A stretch of DNA of 56,299 nt. It comes from an uncultured bacterium. GTDB taxonomy: Bacteria; Armatimonadota; UBA5829. Shown here one piece after another: positions 41,385-51,875 of the stretch. The first letter of the stretch is position 1. Every line of letters starts with the position of its first letter. The notes under the pieces were generated by a model. The model was not told the DNA's origin and searched no databases. It saw only the letters and a program-made list of their open reading frames with translations. The stretch covers positions 1 through 56,299 of the forward strand of contig CAYSLA010000003.1 in the NCBI GenBank assembly GCA_964431685.1. Direction: 5' to 3'. A program made the translations under genes and the position numbers.

Positions 41385-44003
41385 CTAATCGAACGAACGT
41401 ATTACCAGGGCCACGCCCAGGAGATCGGCAAGTATGTCTGCGGTTGTCCGCTGGATCCTGGGCTGGACAACCTGGTATTTCGATGCGACCACGATCACAT
41501 CACCCGGATCGATGACTTTGGTTCTGCCCAGGGGCTGCACGGCTCCGGATACTTTGATTACCACCGCTCGCTTCATGTCCGCGTCGGGAGCTCCTCCGCC
41601 TGCCCTGTCGATGTACTTTCCCGCGGTCAATCCGGTTCCATAGAAGACCGGACCTGGCGATTGCACCGCGCCGAGCACCTGGACAACATCACTGAGTTTT
41701 GGCACCTCAACCACGTCCCCATCCGCCAGCTTCATCTTGCCGATTCGATCCAGATAGGAACCTCTATCCTCCAGCGTCAGGGCAATGCGCTTGCCTGTAG
41801 GCATGCCCGTCAGACGCCTCGGAGAAACGAGCAGAACGTTTCCCGCGAGTCTTCGGCTTGAGACGCTGCTGCCCCCCGATTGCGCTGAAGCCGTGTCCAA
41901 CGGATCCACCTGCGGTTCCTGAGCGGAGGCGAAGGGCGGGTCCGGCTGCAGACTGGCAGTGCCTGTCTCGGAAGGCAAGAGCTGATCCATCGTCTGCATT
42001 ACCATCTTGATCTGCTCACCAGTGGCGGCCGACAGCATCTGGTCAGTGCGCCGCACGAAAGAGATACCGAATGGATCGCTGTTTTCCGCCAGACCGCCTG
42101 CTCGTTCTATGAGCGAGTCCAGGGTCTCTTCCTCGGACAAGAGAGCATATACCCCGGGCCGCTTGAACTGACCCTTCAACTCCACACGCCTCGGCTCTAT
42201 CAGCTTATCTTGCCTTCGGGGCAGGGAGATGAGCATTCCAGCCTTCACTGGCTCGTCGGTCATAGGACCGGTCATTACATCAGACAGGGGTATTATCCGC
42301 ACCGACGATGCCCAGAGCTGGTCCCCAGCCGCCACCGGTCTGGCGACTTCAACCGTTCCTGATGCCATGTCTGTTGGCCCGCCAGCCTGAATCAGCAGAT
42401 CATAAAGCGTCATGCCTTCGTAGAATGTGAACTCACCGGGCTTCTGGACCTCTCCCAGAACAGTCAGAACGCTGCGCTTGAACTCCACGTCCTTCTGTCT
42501 GTAGACGACGAGTCTGTCCTGGTCGGTCAACCTCGGATTGCCCGCGTCATCGTCGCGCGGTAACTGGGCTGGGCAGATACGGATCAGCCTAAAGCTGTTG
42601 GGGCCAGTTCTTCTGTACAGGTGTGCCACATCGCGAGAAGCATCCTGCAGGAGACCTCCCGAGGCAAATATCAAGTCTCCGGCTCTCATCCCGTCTGCCA
42701 GCCTGTATGTCGCGGGATTCCTCACCGGGCCTTCTATTGAGACGAGCGAGACAACTGTCTTTTCGTCGTTTGCATAGACCACCACTTCGTCCTGGTCCTG
42801 CATTTCAACATCTTTGCCTGCCATGAGGTCTCTGAGCATGATTGGAATCACCACAGGCGTGCCGTCGTCCAGCACTCTTGTCAGGTCCGCTCTCTCACGA
42901 TAGGCGCCGGTCTTCAGTTTGGCCTCGTCGAGAAGAGCCTTTACAGTGGGAGTCCTCAGTATCGAGTAGTCCCCCGGATAATGGACATAGCCTTTCACAC
43001 TTACCCTGTCTGCGACGCGGCCGGTAACGTTTTCTACGGTGATAACGTCACCATCTCGCAGCGCGATGTCTTCGGTCTTCTCTGAAAAGCCTGCAATGGT
43101 GGCCCGGGCGTCGACGGTGCGCTCGACGCGCCGGCCGTCTTCCACGCGCTGCAGCCTGACTATCCGGCTGTACGCAGACGGTCTCAACCCGCCTGCCATC
43201 TCCAGAACTCCGGAGATCGTAGTTCCATCGACAAGCTCATAGATCGCCGGTCGCACAACCTGGCCGGCCACGGTCACCCTGGGGCCGGCAATCGGGAAGA
43301 ATATGGCATCCTGATCCTTAAGCACGATGTCCCTGTCAGTTCGCCCACTGATCAGAAAGCCATACGCGTCAGTCTGGGCTACTGGGCTGCCTTTGCGGAT
43401 GACCGTGACTTTGCGCAGTGTGCCCTCATCAGACGCCCCACCGGCCGCATATATGACATTGAACAGGCTGCATTCGGCCTTGAGCGTGTAGCGGCCGGGT
43501 CTGCGGGCGGCCCCAGTCACAAAGACCACGATCGTGCGAGTCTCGATGAGATCCACAGTGTAGCTCGGGCTCTTGAGCTGCTCAGTTATTCTTGCTCCCA
43601 CGCGTTCGCGGAACTGCGAGACCGTATAACCGGCAGCACGGAAATCGCCGATGCCGGGCAATGCAACCGTGCCCTTGTCATTCACCCGCAGTTCGTATGA
43701 GACTTCGGGAAGCGTGGGGGTCCAATATCTGATAGACACGCGGTCGTTGCCGTCCAGCACGTAGCTGTCCGGGACAGGCGCGTCCGGCGCGATGTTGAAC
43801 GACTCCGGCGCAGATGTGAAGAAGTCATGGCCAAAAGGCCGGATCTGTTCTACGGCGCTGCTGATTGGTTGTGCTGCCTCGGTCGTTGCCACAGCGGGAG
43901 ATGGCAGGACATAGTTGGCACTTTGCTGCGCCCAGACACAGGCCATGGATACCCACGTCACTGACAGCGAGAACGCCAGAATAAAGCGAGTCTTGTTTCT
44001 CAT
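41385..44003 (-). CDS. Outer-membrane polysaccharide export protein (Wza-like) with about six SLBB repeats
   Basis: Signal peptide. The Poly_export-like segment is YVLDGNDRVSIRYW. x-A-G-G modules recur: YAAGGASDEG, MAGGLRPSA, ASGGLLQDA, QAGGPTDMA, RAGGLAENS and RAGGGAPDA. Confidence 0.75.
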   Translation of the reverse strand: MRNKTRFILAFSLSVTWVSMACVWAQQSANYVLPSPAVATTEAAQPISSAVEQIRPFGHDFFTSAPESFNIAPDAPVPDSYVLDGNDRVSIRYWTPTLPEVSYELRVNDKGTVALPGIGDFRAAGYTVSQFRERVGARITEQLKSPSYTVDLIETRTIVVFVTGAARRPGRYTLKAECSLFNVIYAAGGASDEGTLRKVTVIRKGSPVAQTDAYGFLISGRTDRDIVLKDQDAIFFPIAGPRVTVAGQVVRPAIYELVDGTTISGVLEMAGGLRPSAYSRIVRLQRVEDGRRVERTVDARATIAGFSEKTEDIALRDGDVITVENVTGRVADRVSVKGYVHYPGDYSILRTPTVKALLDEAKLKTGAYRERADLTRVLDDGTPVVIPIMLRDLMAGKDVEMQDQDEVVVYANDEKTVVSLVSIEGPVRNPATYRLADGMRAGDLIFASGGLLQDASRDVAHLYRRTGPNSFRLIRICPAQLPRDDDAGNPRLTDQDRLVVYRQKDVEFKRSVLTVLGEVQKPGEFTFYEGMTLYDLLIQAGGPTDMASGTVEVARPVAAGDQLWASSVRIIPLSDVMTGPMTDEPVKAGMLISLPRRQDKLIEPRRVELKGQFKRPGVYALLSEEETLDSLIERAGGLAENSDPFGISFVRRTDQMLSAATGEQIKMVMQTMDQLLPSETGTASLQPDPPFASAQEPQVDPLDTASAQSGGSSVSSRRLAGNVLLVSPRRLTGMPTGKRIALTLEDRGSYLDRIGKMKLADGDVVEVPKLSDVVQVLGAVQSPGPVFYGTGLTAGKYIDRAGGGAPDADMKRAVVIKVSGAVQPLGRTKVIDPGDVIVVASKYQVVQPRIQRTTADILADLLGVALVIRSFD

Positions 44004-44138
44004 AACGGATAACCTTTTCTTCGAGCCCCGATAAAGGGATACACGGTTGTTGGAGCATTGCCCCGGTTAGCTACAACGTCTCTTCGCAGACTTCCTTCCA
44101 TTCTTGCGCAAAGTTAGTTAGTTTTTCGATGATTTGCC

Positions 44139-44196
44139 GGTAGGCCCGACACTCCTGTCGGGCCCCTGCACACCCGACAGGAGTGTCGGGCCTACC
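44139..44196. repeat. REPIN: two inverted REPs (GGTAGGCCCGACACTCCTGTCGGG / reverse complement) separated by 10 nt
   Basis: Perfect 24-bp arms read directly. Each arm is itself a hairpin preceded by GTAG. It lies in the intergenic region between the export gene and mfd. Confidence 0.9.
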
Positions 44197-44260
44197 GTGG
44201 CAGCGGCATCTTGTCTGCATGCTGGAAGCGAGGCGCCACTGCACCATTGACACCATGCCT

Positions 44261-47200
44261 CTACCCAACTCTGGTTCTTGCGTTCCTGAAAGCTCGGGCG
44301 ATGATCTCGACCATGTCTTCGACCTCCGAGATAACCCTGTTCGATGTTGGCGTCATCACAGCCTTGTCCGGCTGGAACACGGTGCGACGGTATACGCGCT
44401 GGAGCTCGCGGCACACGTCGAACGTCATACGCAGGTCTTTGCCGTATGTGATGTGGACGTGTTGCTGGGCCGTAGTCACGCTGCCCAGGCCGTGCTCGTG
44501 CAGGCGCAGCCGCAGCCGGACCACGGCCAGCAGGTTCCATACGCATTTCGGCGGGTCTCCGAACCTGTCCTCGAGCTCGTCCTGGACGGCCTGCACGTCG
44601 CCGGAGTTGGTCACGGACGCCAGTTTTTTGTAGAACAGTATTCTGTGGGCCTCGTTGGACATATAGCTCTGCGGGATATAGGCGTCCACCGGCAGATCGA
44701 CCTGGGGAAGTACGACTTCCGCGGTCTCCTCGCCCTTGAGCTCGGCGACGGCCCGCGAGAGCAACTGGCAGTAGAGGTCAAAGCCCACGGCGGACATGTT
44801 CCCGCTCTGCTCCTGCCCGAGCAGGTTACCCGCGCCGCGTATCTCCAGGTCGCGCATGGCGATCCTGAAGCCGCTGCCCAGTTCGGTGAACTCGCGTATT
44901 GCCTCAAGGCGTTTCTCGGCCACGTCGGAGAGCGCCTTGTCTGGTTTGTAGAGAAGATATGCGTATGCCTGTCTGTCTGATCTGCCGACTCTGCCTCTCA
45001 ACTGGTAGAGCTGTGCCAGCCCGAGTTTGTCCGCCTCGTTGATGACGATCGTGTTGGCGTTCGGAACATCCAGGCCGCTCTCGATGATCGTTGTGCACAC
45101 CAGAATATCGAACTTGCGCTCGTAGAAGTCCATCATCACACGTTCCAGCTCGGACTCAGGCATCTGACCGTGGGCAACATCGACCCGGGCGTACGGCACA
45201 AGCTCCTGAACCTGCCTGGCGACGTGCCCAATATTCTCCACGCGATTGTGCACGAAGAAGACCTGTCCGCCCCTGTCCAACTCACGGACCAGGGCCGCGC
45301 GCACCGTATCCTCCTGGGCTTCGCGCACGAAAGTCTGGATTGGCATTCGACCCTCAGGAGGGTCATTGATCACGCTCATGTCGCGTATTCCGGAAAGCGA
45401 CATATGCAGCGTTCGAGGGATGGGAGTGGCGGTCATCGTGAGCACGTCCACGGTTTTCTTGAGTTCCTTGAGCTTTTCCTTGTGCCGCACGCCGAAGCGC
45501 TGCTCCTCATCGACGATCAGCAGTCCCAGGTCTTTGAACTGCACATCCTTGCTGAGGAGTCTGTGGGTTCCGATCACTATGTCGAGGTCGCCGATTCTGA
45601 GGGCTTCAACGGTCTGAATCTGCTCGGCGCGGGAGCGGAACCTTGACAGGAGCCCTATCCGTATTGGGAACGCCGCCAGCCGTTCACGGAACGTGCTCGC
45701 GTGCTGCTGGGCGAGCACCGTGGTCGGTGAGAGAACGGCCACTTGCCTGCCCTCGGAGGCCACCTTGAACGCGGCGCGTATCGCCACCTCGGTCTTGCCG
45801 TAGCCAACGTCTCCACAGATGAGCCGATCCATGGCACGCGGTTTCTCAAGATCACGCTTGACGTCCTGGATGGCCGTCAGTTGATCTGGAGTCTCGACGT
45901 AGGGGAATGCAGACTCCATCTCCTGCTGCCAGGGAGTATCTGCGGGGTATGCGTGGCCGCCGCTCGCCTGCCTCCATGCGTACAGCTCTACCAGCTCCTT
46001 AGCAATCTGAGAGACGGCTTTTCTGACCTTCTGCGTCGCTTTCTGCCAGTCGCTTCCGCCGAGCCTGTGCACAGTCGGGCCGTTGTCCTCGCCCCCGATA
46101 TATTTCTGCACACGGTCTATCTGGTCTGCCGGAACGTAGAGGGTGTCACTGCCCGCATACTCCAGGATGAGATACTCCTTCTCGATGCCAAGGTTTCTCA
46201 TCGTCTTGATGCCACGGTAGAATGCGATGCCGTGGTTTACGTGCACCACGTGGTCGCCTTCTTTGAGGTCAAGCACACTGGAGATCGGCACCCCTTCGTG
46301 ATAAGCGCGGCGCGCTCTGCGGAGCCTGGGCTCGCCGAAAACTTCCGAGTCGCTGATAACGTTCAGGTGGAGCTCAGCGAGTCTGTAGCCGCTTCGCAGA
46401 GGAACGTGCGACACATACACCCCGGCGTCCAGGCCCGCGACATCATCCAGTTGGAAAGCCCTCTCGTCGAACTCCGCCAGAATCTCGGCGATCCGTCGGT
46501 CCTGGTTGCTGGCTATCACGGTGCACATGCCGTGCTGTTTCCACGTTCTTAACTGGTCGGCGAACGCCTCGATCCGGCCATTGAACGATTCAGCGGGCGC
46601 ACTCTTTACTTCGAACACCACATCCGGTCTTGCCCAGGCAATGGGCCTGGGCAGCAGGACGAAACTGACTGCCTGGTGCCTGGCAAGGGCGCTCTTGATC
46701 GTGTGGTCGAACGGCGCGTGCTGACTGTGCAGACCGGCCAGAACCAGCCCTCTTCCGGCCCGGTTGATGAGACGCTCTACCATCTGCTCCTCGTGGGTCT
46801 GCCACTGCGCACTCAACTGCCCGGGCTCGTCCAGGACAATCAGCGTGTCGGCAGGCAGGAAGTCCAGCAGGGATTGCTCTTTGGTGTGCAGATACGGCAG
46901 ATAAAACTCGATGTTCGGGAAGTAGGCCTCGTTTTCCAGACGCGTGATGTCGTCTTCGACTTTTCCGACAAGGCGGGCTATCGACTCGGCATCGCCGGAC
47001 TCTTTGATGCCGTCTATCTGAGCCGCGAGTTCGGCGCGCACCCGCTGGGCCGCTGCGGCGCAGTTGCCTTTCGTGAGTATGACTTCGCGGGCGGGCAGTA
47101 TGCGTGCCGACGCGACCTTGTCTATCGAACGCTGAGAGGCCGTGTCGAAATGGCGTATGCTCTCGACCTCGTCGCCGAATAGCTCAATTCTCAGCGGGTT

Positions 47201-47854
47201 GTCCTCGTTGGCGGCGAACACATCCACCAGCCCGCCGCGCCGGGAGAACTCGCCCGGTCTGTCCACGACGTCCGTGGCCTGGTAACCCATCGCAACCAGG
47301 CGCGCCTGTATCTCGTCGATGTCCGTGTCTGTCCCTACCGCAACCTCGATAACCGATTCCAGCAACTCGTCACGAGTGACCGTCCGTCGCAGCGCAGCGT
47401 TCACAGGCGCAATCACGACAGGCGGACACGCGGGTCCGCCCCTACGGCATGCGGTTGCGTGTAGGGGCGGACCTCCGTGTCCGCCCGGCAAGCAAGCGAG
47501 TGCGTGGAGGGCCGCAAGCCTCTCTCCCGACATCCGCAGATCCTCGGAGCCTTCCTCGTAGATCAGAGAGTCGCTGGGGGGAAAGAAGAATACGTGCTCT
47601 TTGGATATACCGTAGTGGGGCAGATCCTCCGCTATGCGCTCCGCCTGCTCGTAAGTGTACGTTAGAACCAGCACCGGGCGGCGTGTCTGGTCGTAGAGGC
47701 CCGCGATCATCCATCCTTTGGCAGACGCAGTCAGTCCCTGGACTTCGACAAGCTTCGTGCCTTGACCAACCGACTCCAGTATATCAGAGTATCTGGACCC
47801 CTCGCGGTGCAGTTTTACCAGTTTTTCCAGGCTCATAGAACAAAGTACACGCAC
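44261..47854 (-). CDS. mfd: Transcription-repair coupling factor Mfd
   Basis: 1197 aa. Motifs seen are DRLICGDVGYGKTEVA, DEEQRFGV, TATPIPRT and QLRGRVGR. A UvrB-homology N-terminus and a CarD-like RID (GDHVVHVNHGIAFY) are present. The ATG at 47836 is an alternative start. Confidence 0.95.
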   Translation of the reverse strand: MRVLCSMSLEKLVKLHREGSRYSDILESVGQGTKLVEVQGLTASAKGWMIAGLYDQTRRPVLVLTYTYEQAERIAEDLPHYGISKEHVFFFPPSDSLIYEEGSEDLRMSGERLAALHALACLPGGHGGPPLHATACRRGGPACPPVVIAPVNAALRRTVTRDELLESVIEVAVGTDTDIDEIQARLVAMGYQATDVVDRPGEFSRRGGLVDVFAANEDNPLRIELFGDEVESIRHFDTASQRSIDKVASARILPAREVILTKGNCAAAAQRVRAELAAQIDGIKESGDAESIARLVGKVEDDITRLENEAYFPNIEFYLPYLHTKEQSLLDFLPADTLIVLDEPGQLSAQWQTHEEQMVERLINRAGRGLVLAGLHSQHAPFDHTIKSALARHQAVSFVLLPRPIAWARPDVVFEVKSAPAESFNGRIEAFADQLRTWKQHGMCTVIASNQDRRIAEILAEFDERAFQLDDVAGLDAGVYVSHVPLRSGYRLAELHLNVISDSEVFGEPRLRRARRAYHEGVPISSVLDLKEGDHVVHVNHGIAFYRGIKTMRNLGIEKEYLILEYAGSDTLYVPADQIDRVQKYIGGEDNGPTVHRLGGSDWQKATQKVRKAVSQIAKELVELYAWRQASGGHAYPADTPWQQEMESAFPYVETPDQLTAIQDVKRDLEKPRAMDRLICGDVGYGKTEVAIRAAFKVASEGRQVAVLSPTTVLAQQHASTFRERLAAFPIRIGLLSRFRSRAEQIQTVEALRIGDLDIVIGTHRLLSKDVQFKDLGLLIVDEEQRFGVRHKEKLKELKKTVDVLTMTATPIPRTLHMSLSGIRDMSVINDPPEGRMPIQTFVREAQEDTVRAALVRELDRGGQVFFVHNRVENIGHVARQVQELVPYARVDVAHGQMPESELERVMMDFYERKFDILVCTTIIESGLDVPNANTIVINEADKLGLAQLYQLRGRVGRSDRQAYAYLLYKPDKALSDVAEKRLEAIREFTELGSGFRIAMRDLEIRGAGNLLGQEQSGNMSAVGFDLYCQLLSRAVAELKGEETAEVVLPQVDLPVDAYIPQSYMSNEAHRILFYKKLASVTNSGDVQAVQDELEDRFGDPPKCVWNLLAVVRLRLRLHEHGLGSVTTAQQHVHITYGKDLRMTFDVCRELQRVYRRTVFQPDKAVMTPTSNRVISEVEDMVEIIARAFRNARTRVG
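47421..47485. repeat. REPIN-like palindrome (25-bp arms, 23/25 complementary, GTAGGGGCGGAC…) inside the mfd ORF
   Basis: The arms are ggcggacacgcgggtccgcccctac …15 nt… gtaggggcggacctccgtgtccgcc. The element encodes residues ~124-145 (GGHGGPPLHATACRRGGPACPP) in frame. Confidence 0.8.
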
Positions 47855-48029
47855 AAAACCCCGGCCACTATTGCAAAGAGACCGGGTTAGTATGGCAACA
47901 ATTAGCCAAGCTGGATAAAGATTACCCCGTCAACGTCTGCCGTGTCAAGTTGACCGGATGTCGGAGGTGGCATTTCACGGTCGCTGCCCGTTCGTCGTGA
48001 CGCGCACCGATTCAATCGCTATTTCGTGC

Positions 48030-50726
48030 TTATGCGCACGGTTTCTCAAGTCCCAGCGCTACTATCGCCACGTCGTCCTTTAGAAGCCCGTTACCATATT
48101 CCATCGCTTTCTGAAGCAACCGCTCCACCAACTCCGGAGGTGACGCGTCCTGCCTGGCAAGGAACTCCATCATTTGGCACTTGTCGAACATGCCGTGTTC
48201 CTCAGACCGGGCTTCGGTGACGCCATCTGTGACCAGCACAACCAGGTCTCCCGGCTCAAGTTCCAGGCATCCCTCCGGATAGTCGCACCCAGGCAGAACG
48301 CCGAGGGCCATGGCGCCCACGCTCAGTTCCTCAAGGCTGCCGTTTGCACGGCGGACCACCGGCGGCTCGTGTCCGGCGTTTGTGTATCTGATCAGGCAGT
48401 TGTCCGTATCTACGACGGCGAAGAACGCAGTGAACAGGTCCTCCTCGCTTTGCTGGTCGCGGCAGAGCGCTTCGTTGACGAGGCCGACTACCAGCGATGG
48501 TCTGGGCTCAATGTAGGCGTAGCTGCGGAACGCATGCCTGATTTGAGACACCTGCATTGCCGCGACAAGACCCTTGCCCGCAACGTCGCCTATCAGCACT
48601 CCTACTCTGCCGCAGTCAAGGTCGAAGACATCATAGAAATCTCCGCCAACCTGTGCCTCATCCAGGGCGGGCACGTACCTGGCGGAGAAATGACAGCCCG
48701 ACACTACCTGCGGTATCCGGGTTGGGACAAGCGCTTGCTGGAGCATCTCCGCTATACGATGCTCGCGGTCCAGCAGCCGCTGCTTCTCCTCTTCGAAAGC
48801 GACCCTTGCACTCTGATCACGGAATGTGGAGGTTGCTCCAATTACCTGCCCCTGGCCATCGAACACCGGAGAGGCGCTGGCGCTCACGGTAATGGTATCG
48901 CCATAGGGAGTCACCGTCCTGTACCGCGTGTCCGTGACTCGCTCCCCGCGAAGCGCTCGATAGGTTGCACGCTTCTCCACGGGCAGAGGCTTCCCATCGA
49001 GGGTGAACGTTTCATATCTCGACATCCAATCCGTGAAGTCCTCATCCCGGGGCACGCGCAAGATTTCCCTGCCTCCATCGTTCATCCAGACTACCCGGCC
49101 ATCGGCATCGATCATGCTGACGCCATCCGCGAGGTTCGAAACGAACGACTGCAACTCCGCCGCACGGCGCTGCGCTTCTGCGCGTGACTGCGCGAGCGCT
49201 TCCTCTGCCTGCTTGCGGGCGGTGATGTCTACGAACGCGCCTACGCACCCACTTACCTGTCCATCGGGACCACGCAGGGGGGTCGCACCGCCGAGCAGGT
49301 AGCGTCGTCCCCCGCTGGGCAACAATACCTCGAACTCGTCCTCCTTAGTGTCCACGTTGTGGATTGCCGCATACTGCATTGGCAGTTCATCAGGCGGCAG
49401 CTCTCTGCCGTCGCGGAAGAAACGCCGGACCGCCGACGAGTTGGCAGAGACATTGTCGCCTTCTTCCGCCTCATAGAACTGATTCGCGATGGCGTTGCCG
49501 GAAATGTGCTCACACTCCGGGTCCTGTGCGATCCATACTGCTGCTGGAACCGCTTCAAACACAGCCTGTAACTCCTGCGCGGTCCGTTCGGCCCGCGCCC
49601 GCGCTTCCGACAGCGACTCGACAGCCTGTTTGAGCTCGGTGATATCCTGGGTGATTCCGAACCCGCCCAGCAGCCTGCCGGAATCGTCGAATTCCAGGTA
49701 GGCCTTCTCACGCACCCATTTCACCTGTTCGCCCACCACAATTCGATGCTCGACGTTGTAGGGTTCGCCGCGGAGGGCCGCATTCCACTGTTCGTCTACG
49801 TGCTGCCGGTCATCGGGATGGATCGCTCCAAGGAAAGTCTCGTATGTCAAAGGCGTTCCCTTGGGCACCCCGAAGATGCGGTGGTTCTCGTCGGACCAGG
49901 TTAGAACATTGTGCTGCGTGTCAAGACGCCACGATCCGATCTGTCCGACCTCCTGAGCTCGGTCAAGGTCTTCCCGGCTCCTGCGGAGTTCTTCTTCGGC
50001 GTGTTTGCGCTCCGTGATGTCAGTGAAGATTACCGCGAATTGACGCGGCGCCGGGCTGTAGGCAACCACGGCATAGTGACGGTTGAGCGCCGGGGAGTAG
50101 TTTTCGAAATGAACCGACTTACCAGTTAGCGCAACCTTGCCGTACATCTGGACCCACTTTGGGTCATCGTCAGGCAGCAGGTCTCTCAGGGTAGCGCCGA
50201 TCACGTCATCACGCTTGAGACCGGTTAGGCGCTCGAATGCCGGGTTAATGTCGAGGAAACGGTAGTCGCAGGGCTCGCCTTTCTCATCACTGATGATCTC
50301 GTGAAGGGCAAACCCCTCGGTCATTGCGCTGAAGAGAAGCCGGTAGCGTTCTTCGCTTTCCTGGAGAGTAATCTTCAGGGAGTCAGACTTGCGAGCCGAG
50401 GCGCCGTTCGGCGGGCATCCTCTATCAGCTTGGCGGGGAGTGCTCAGTTCTGGATTAGCACCAGACCGCTGTCCACTTTCCGGTCCTTCGGAGACGGATC
50501 CTGCAGAATTCGTGGAATGAGCAACAGAATGTGCGATAACCTCACTGTTGGCTACCGCCTCCTTCAATGATCGTGACGCGATCTCTGAGTCTTCTGAAGA
50601 CGCTACGCTTCTGACGGACTCAACGTGTTCTATTGAAGGACCCGAACCGGCAGCTTGGTCGTCGTGATCAACCCCGGACTTGTCATCGATGCACAGCGCG
50701 TCTCGTCGTCGGACTACTTTACCCAA
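48030..50726 (-). CDS. Multi-PAS sensor fused to a PP2C-type (SpoIIE/RsbU-like) serine phosphatase
   Basis: About four PAS repeats (SEERYRLLFSAMTEGF, etc.). The phosphatase motifs are GGDFYDVF, GDVAGKGL, YTNAGHEPP and VLVTDGVTEA. TTG start with an AGGTGA Shine-Dalgarno. Confidence 0.9.
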   Translation of the reverse strand: MGKVVRRRDALCIDDKSGVDHDDQAAGSGPSIEHVESVRSVASSEDSEIASRSLKEAVANSEVIAHSVAHSTNSAGSVSEGPESGQRSGANPELSTPRQADRGCPPNGASARKSDSLKITLQESEERYRLLFSAMTEGFALHEIISDEKGEPCDYRFLDINPAFERLTGLKRDDVIGATLRDLLPDDDPKWVQMYGKVALTGKSVHFENYSPALNRHYAVVAYSPAPRQFAVIFTDITERKHAEEELRRSREDLDRAQEVGQIGSWRLDTQHNVLTWSDENHRIFGVPKGTPLTYETFLGAIHPDDRQHVDEQWNAALRGEPYNVEHRIVVGEQVKWVREKAYLEFDDSGRLLGGFGITQDITELKQAVESLSEARARAERTAQELQAVFEAVPAAVWIAQDPECEHISGNAIANQFYEAEEGDNVSANSSAVRRFFRDGRELPPDELPMQYAAIHNVDTKEDEFEVLLPSGGRRYLLGGATPLRGPDGQVSGCVGAFVDITARKQAEEALAQSRAEAQRRAAELQSFVSNLADGVSMIDADGRVVWMNDGGREILRVPRDEDFTDWMSRYETFTLDGKPLPVEKRATYRALRGERVTDTRYRTVTPYGDTITVSASASPVFDGQGQVIGATSTFRDQSARVAFEEEKQRLLDREHRIAEMLQQALVPTRIPQVVSGCHFSARYVPALDEAQVGGDFYDVFDLDCGRVGVLIGDVAGKGLVAAMQVSQIRHAFRSYAYIEPRPSLVVGLVNEALCRDQQSEEDLFTAFFAVVDTDNCLIRYTNAGHEPPVVRRANGSLEELSVGAMALGVLPGCDYPEGCLELEPGDLVVLVTDGVTEARSEEHGMFDKCQMMEFLARQDASPPELVERLLQKAMEYGNGLLKDDVAIVALGLEKPCA

Positions 50727-50854
50727 GTTCTTTCACCTGTCCACCTCAACCAATTATCCTTAGTCTGACCGGGCCGCATTCAGCGAGCAGTACTGCGTGT
50801 GCACCTGCCACATTTACCATTATATCACATGTTCTGCCGGACGTTGCCGTGGTC

Positions 50855-50978
50855 GTAAGAGCTCAGTCTCGCTAAGTACAACGTCATGCCGGACTTGATC
50901 CGGCACCCATCCGGAGAAGGGATGGATCCTGAACCAAGTTCAGAATGACGTGGTTTCTCACATACTCCGAGCTCTTAC
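50855..50978 (-). mobile_element. MITE copy B (124 bp, inverted relative to copy A), flanked by CCGTGGTC / CTGTGGTC
   Basis: The TIRs are gtaagagctcag and ccgagctcttac. The interior is the near-exact reverse complement of copy A. The 8-bp flanks match at 7 of 8 positions. Confidence 0.85.
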
Positions 50979-51321
50979 CTGTGGTCCTGGGCGTTCAAAC
51001 TCGAAATCTGCGCCGGCCTTCGCAGGCGTATAGACCGGGGCGCGTCGCGCTCGCCGGCAGGTAGGCGCCCGACTACTTCGTCATTATTCCCACAAACGGC
51101 CGATCTCAAGCGCAGTACGTGCCTCATCCGGACCGACTCATTGATCCCGTCAGGAGACGACCCGCAATGCGGCGCAGGGAGACAGACGAGGGAGTGTCTT
51201 TCTTTTTTACGACTACTTGGTTTAGCTGACTGCTTGTTTTGGGTATCAATAGGTTGTAGCCAGCTTTCAGTGCTGGAATCGTTTCTCGGAGGAAACCATC
51301 TCTCTGGTTGGAGGAAAGAAA

Positions 51322-51840
51322 ATGTCTAAGAGGATTATCGTTGTTGCTCTCGTTGTCTTGGCTCTTGGCGCCAGCTTTGGCGTTGCTACCGCCGACGTGC
51401 TTCCCGTGACTGCCAGTTGGACCAATTTCTATTGGTCGGGCAGTGCTCCGGTGTATGCGACCCCTTCGTTTACAGTGACCTGGGGCGGTACCTTCCGGCT
51501 GTGGGTGACTGACGGCTTCATCACCGGCGATCAGTTTGAGGTCTATGTAGATAACGTCTTGGCGTTTACTACGAACTCCGTGACGAAGGACATCGATACC
51601 TTCGCAACAAATGGCGACAGTGCCTGGGGTGACTATAGACTCAGCAAGGGTTCCATTCTTCTTGGCCCCGGCAGTTATGTTGTCGACATCAAGGTTATCG
51701 ACCAGACAACTCTCGTTGCCGGAGGTGGCGCGTTTATCAGAGCCACCTGTGAGACCGTAGTTCCTGAGCCGTCGAGCGTGCTTGCCCTGGTTTCCGGCCT
51801 TGGTGGAGTTCTCGGACTGGCCTGGAGACGCAGAAAGTAG
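51322..51840 (+). CDS. PEP-CTERM sorting-domain secreted protein
   Basis: Signal peptide. The C-terminus VPEPSSVLALVSGLGGVLGLAWRRRK has the PEP motif, a TM helix and a basic tail. A GGAGGA Shine-Dalgarno is present. Confidence 0.85.
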   Translation: MSKRIIVVALVVLALGASFGVATADVLPVTASWTNFYWSGSAPVYATPSFTVTWGGTFRLWVTDGFITGDQFEVYVDNVLAFTTNSVTKDIDTFATNGDSAWGDYRLSKGSILLGPGSYVVDIKVIDQTTLVAGGGAFIRATCETVVPEPSSVLALVSGLGGVLGLAWRRRK

Positions 51841-51875
51841 ATTCGCTCAAGTCCGAATACGTTCGATTCAAAATG

